Below are positions 55,744 to 55,876 of a stretch of DNA of 55,876 bases, one piece after another. Numbering within the stretch: position 1 is the stretch's first letter; every line of letters begins with the position of its first letter. The stretch covers positions 1 to 55,876 of the forward strand of contig CAXMUG010000083.1 in the NCBI GenBank assembly GCA_964196535.1, read 5' to 3'. Source of the DNA: an uncultured Mycobacterium sp. Lineage in GTDB: Bacteria; Pseudomonadota; Gammaproteobacteria; UBA4575. The notes under the pieces were generated by a model. The model made no database searches. It saw nothing but the letters and a program-made list of their open reading frames with translations, and had not been told where the DNA came from. Made by a program: the position numbers and the translations under genes.

Positions 55744-55876
55744 ATGAAGTTTTCTGTAGTCATTCCTACATACAATTATGCTGAGTATATTGAGCGATCC
55801 ATAAAATCGGTATGTGAACAATCTGAAAAAGATTTTGAGATTATAGTTGTAGATGATGGTTCTAAAGATAATACTC
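55744..55876 (+). CDS. Family 2 glycosyltransferase (5' part only, runs off the window)
   Basis: The ORF begins MKFSVVIPTYNYAEYIERSIKSVCEQSEKDFEIIVVDDGSKDNT, which is a canonical GT2 N-terminus. Confidence 0.78.
   Translation, partial: MKFSVVIPTYNYAEYIERSIKSVCEQSEKDFEIIVVDDGSKDNT

Noticed and set aside
1-55876. I searched for CRISPR arrays, tRNA/rRNA/tmRNA genes, IS elements, integrases, phage or toxin-antitoxin/defence modules, and long tandem repeats.
   Set aside because: Visual inspection of the intergenic regions and the ORF translations found none of these. The only repeated sequence family I found is the GGA-hairpin module at two loci. Manual scanning can miss short or degenerate elements.

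Overview
This window looks like a chromosomal segment of a low-GC (about 40% by eye) gammaproteobacterium. That call rests on two conserved gene orders: mrdA-rodA-mltB-rlpA-dacA-dat-ybeD-lipB-lipA and glnE-ilvE followed by LPS genes. I found no rRNA, tRNA, CRISPR array, transposase, integrase or phage genes.

Gene content, left to right:
- An RND efflux pair, then rhlE and a membrane pyrophosphatase.
- The cell-wall elongation and lipoate block, then amgK-murU (peptidoglycan recycling), tag and osmC.
- A patch of small uncharacterised membrane or secreted proteins that also holds argA.
- A deletion scar made of two gene fragments, then a MOSC protein.
- About 13 kb of minus-strand C1-assimilation genes: 5-formyl-THF cyclo-ligase, an orphan Ftr/FhcD-like formyltransferase, folD, sgaA, mclA, mtkA, mtkB, hprA, ppc and mtdA, with argE tacked on the end.
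- ilvD, a PA2778/PA2779-type peptidase pair, an Fbp-type iron ABC transporter, glnE, ilvE, an O-antigen ligase and a partial GT2 glycosyltransferase.

Most interesting observations:
1. Two related intergenic modules (about 6673-6820 and 29085-29345, minus strand) are packed with GGA motifs displayed in hairpin loops. These match the CsrA/RsmA binding consensus, so they are candidate unannotated Csr/Rsm-family RNAs.
2. A translationally coupled 5-FCL plus stand-alone Ftr-like pair sits at the head of the serine-cycle genes. This suggests a possible formyl-MFR to 5-formyl-THF to methenyl-THF shunt.
3. The pyrophosphatase carries the residue signature of a K+-dependent, Na+-pumping enzyme.

All calls come from reading the sequence and ORF translations. 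No database search was run.
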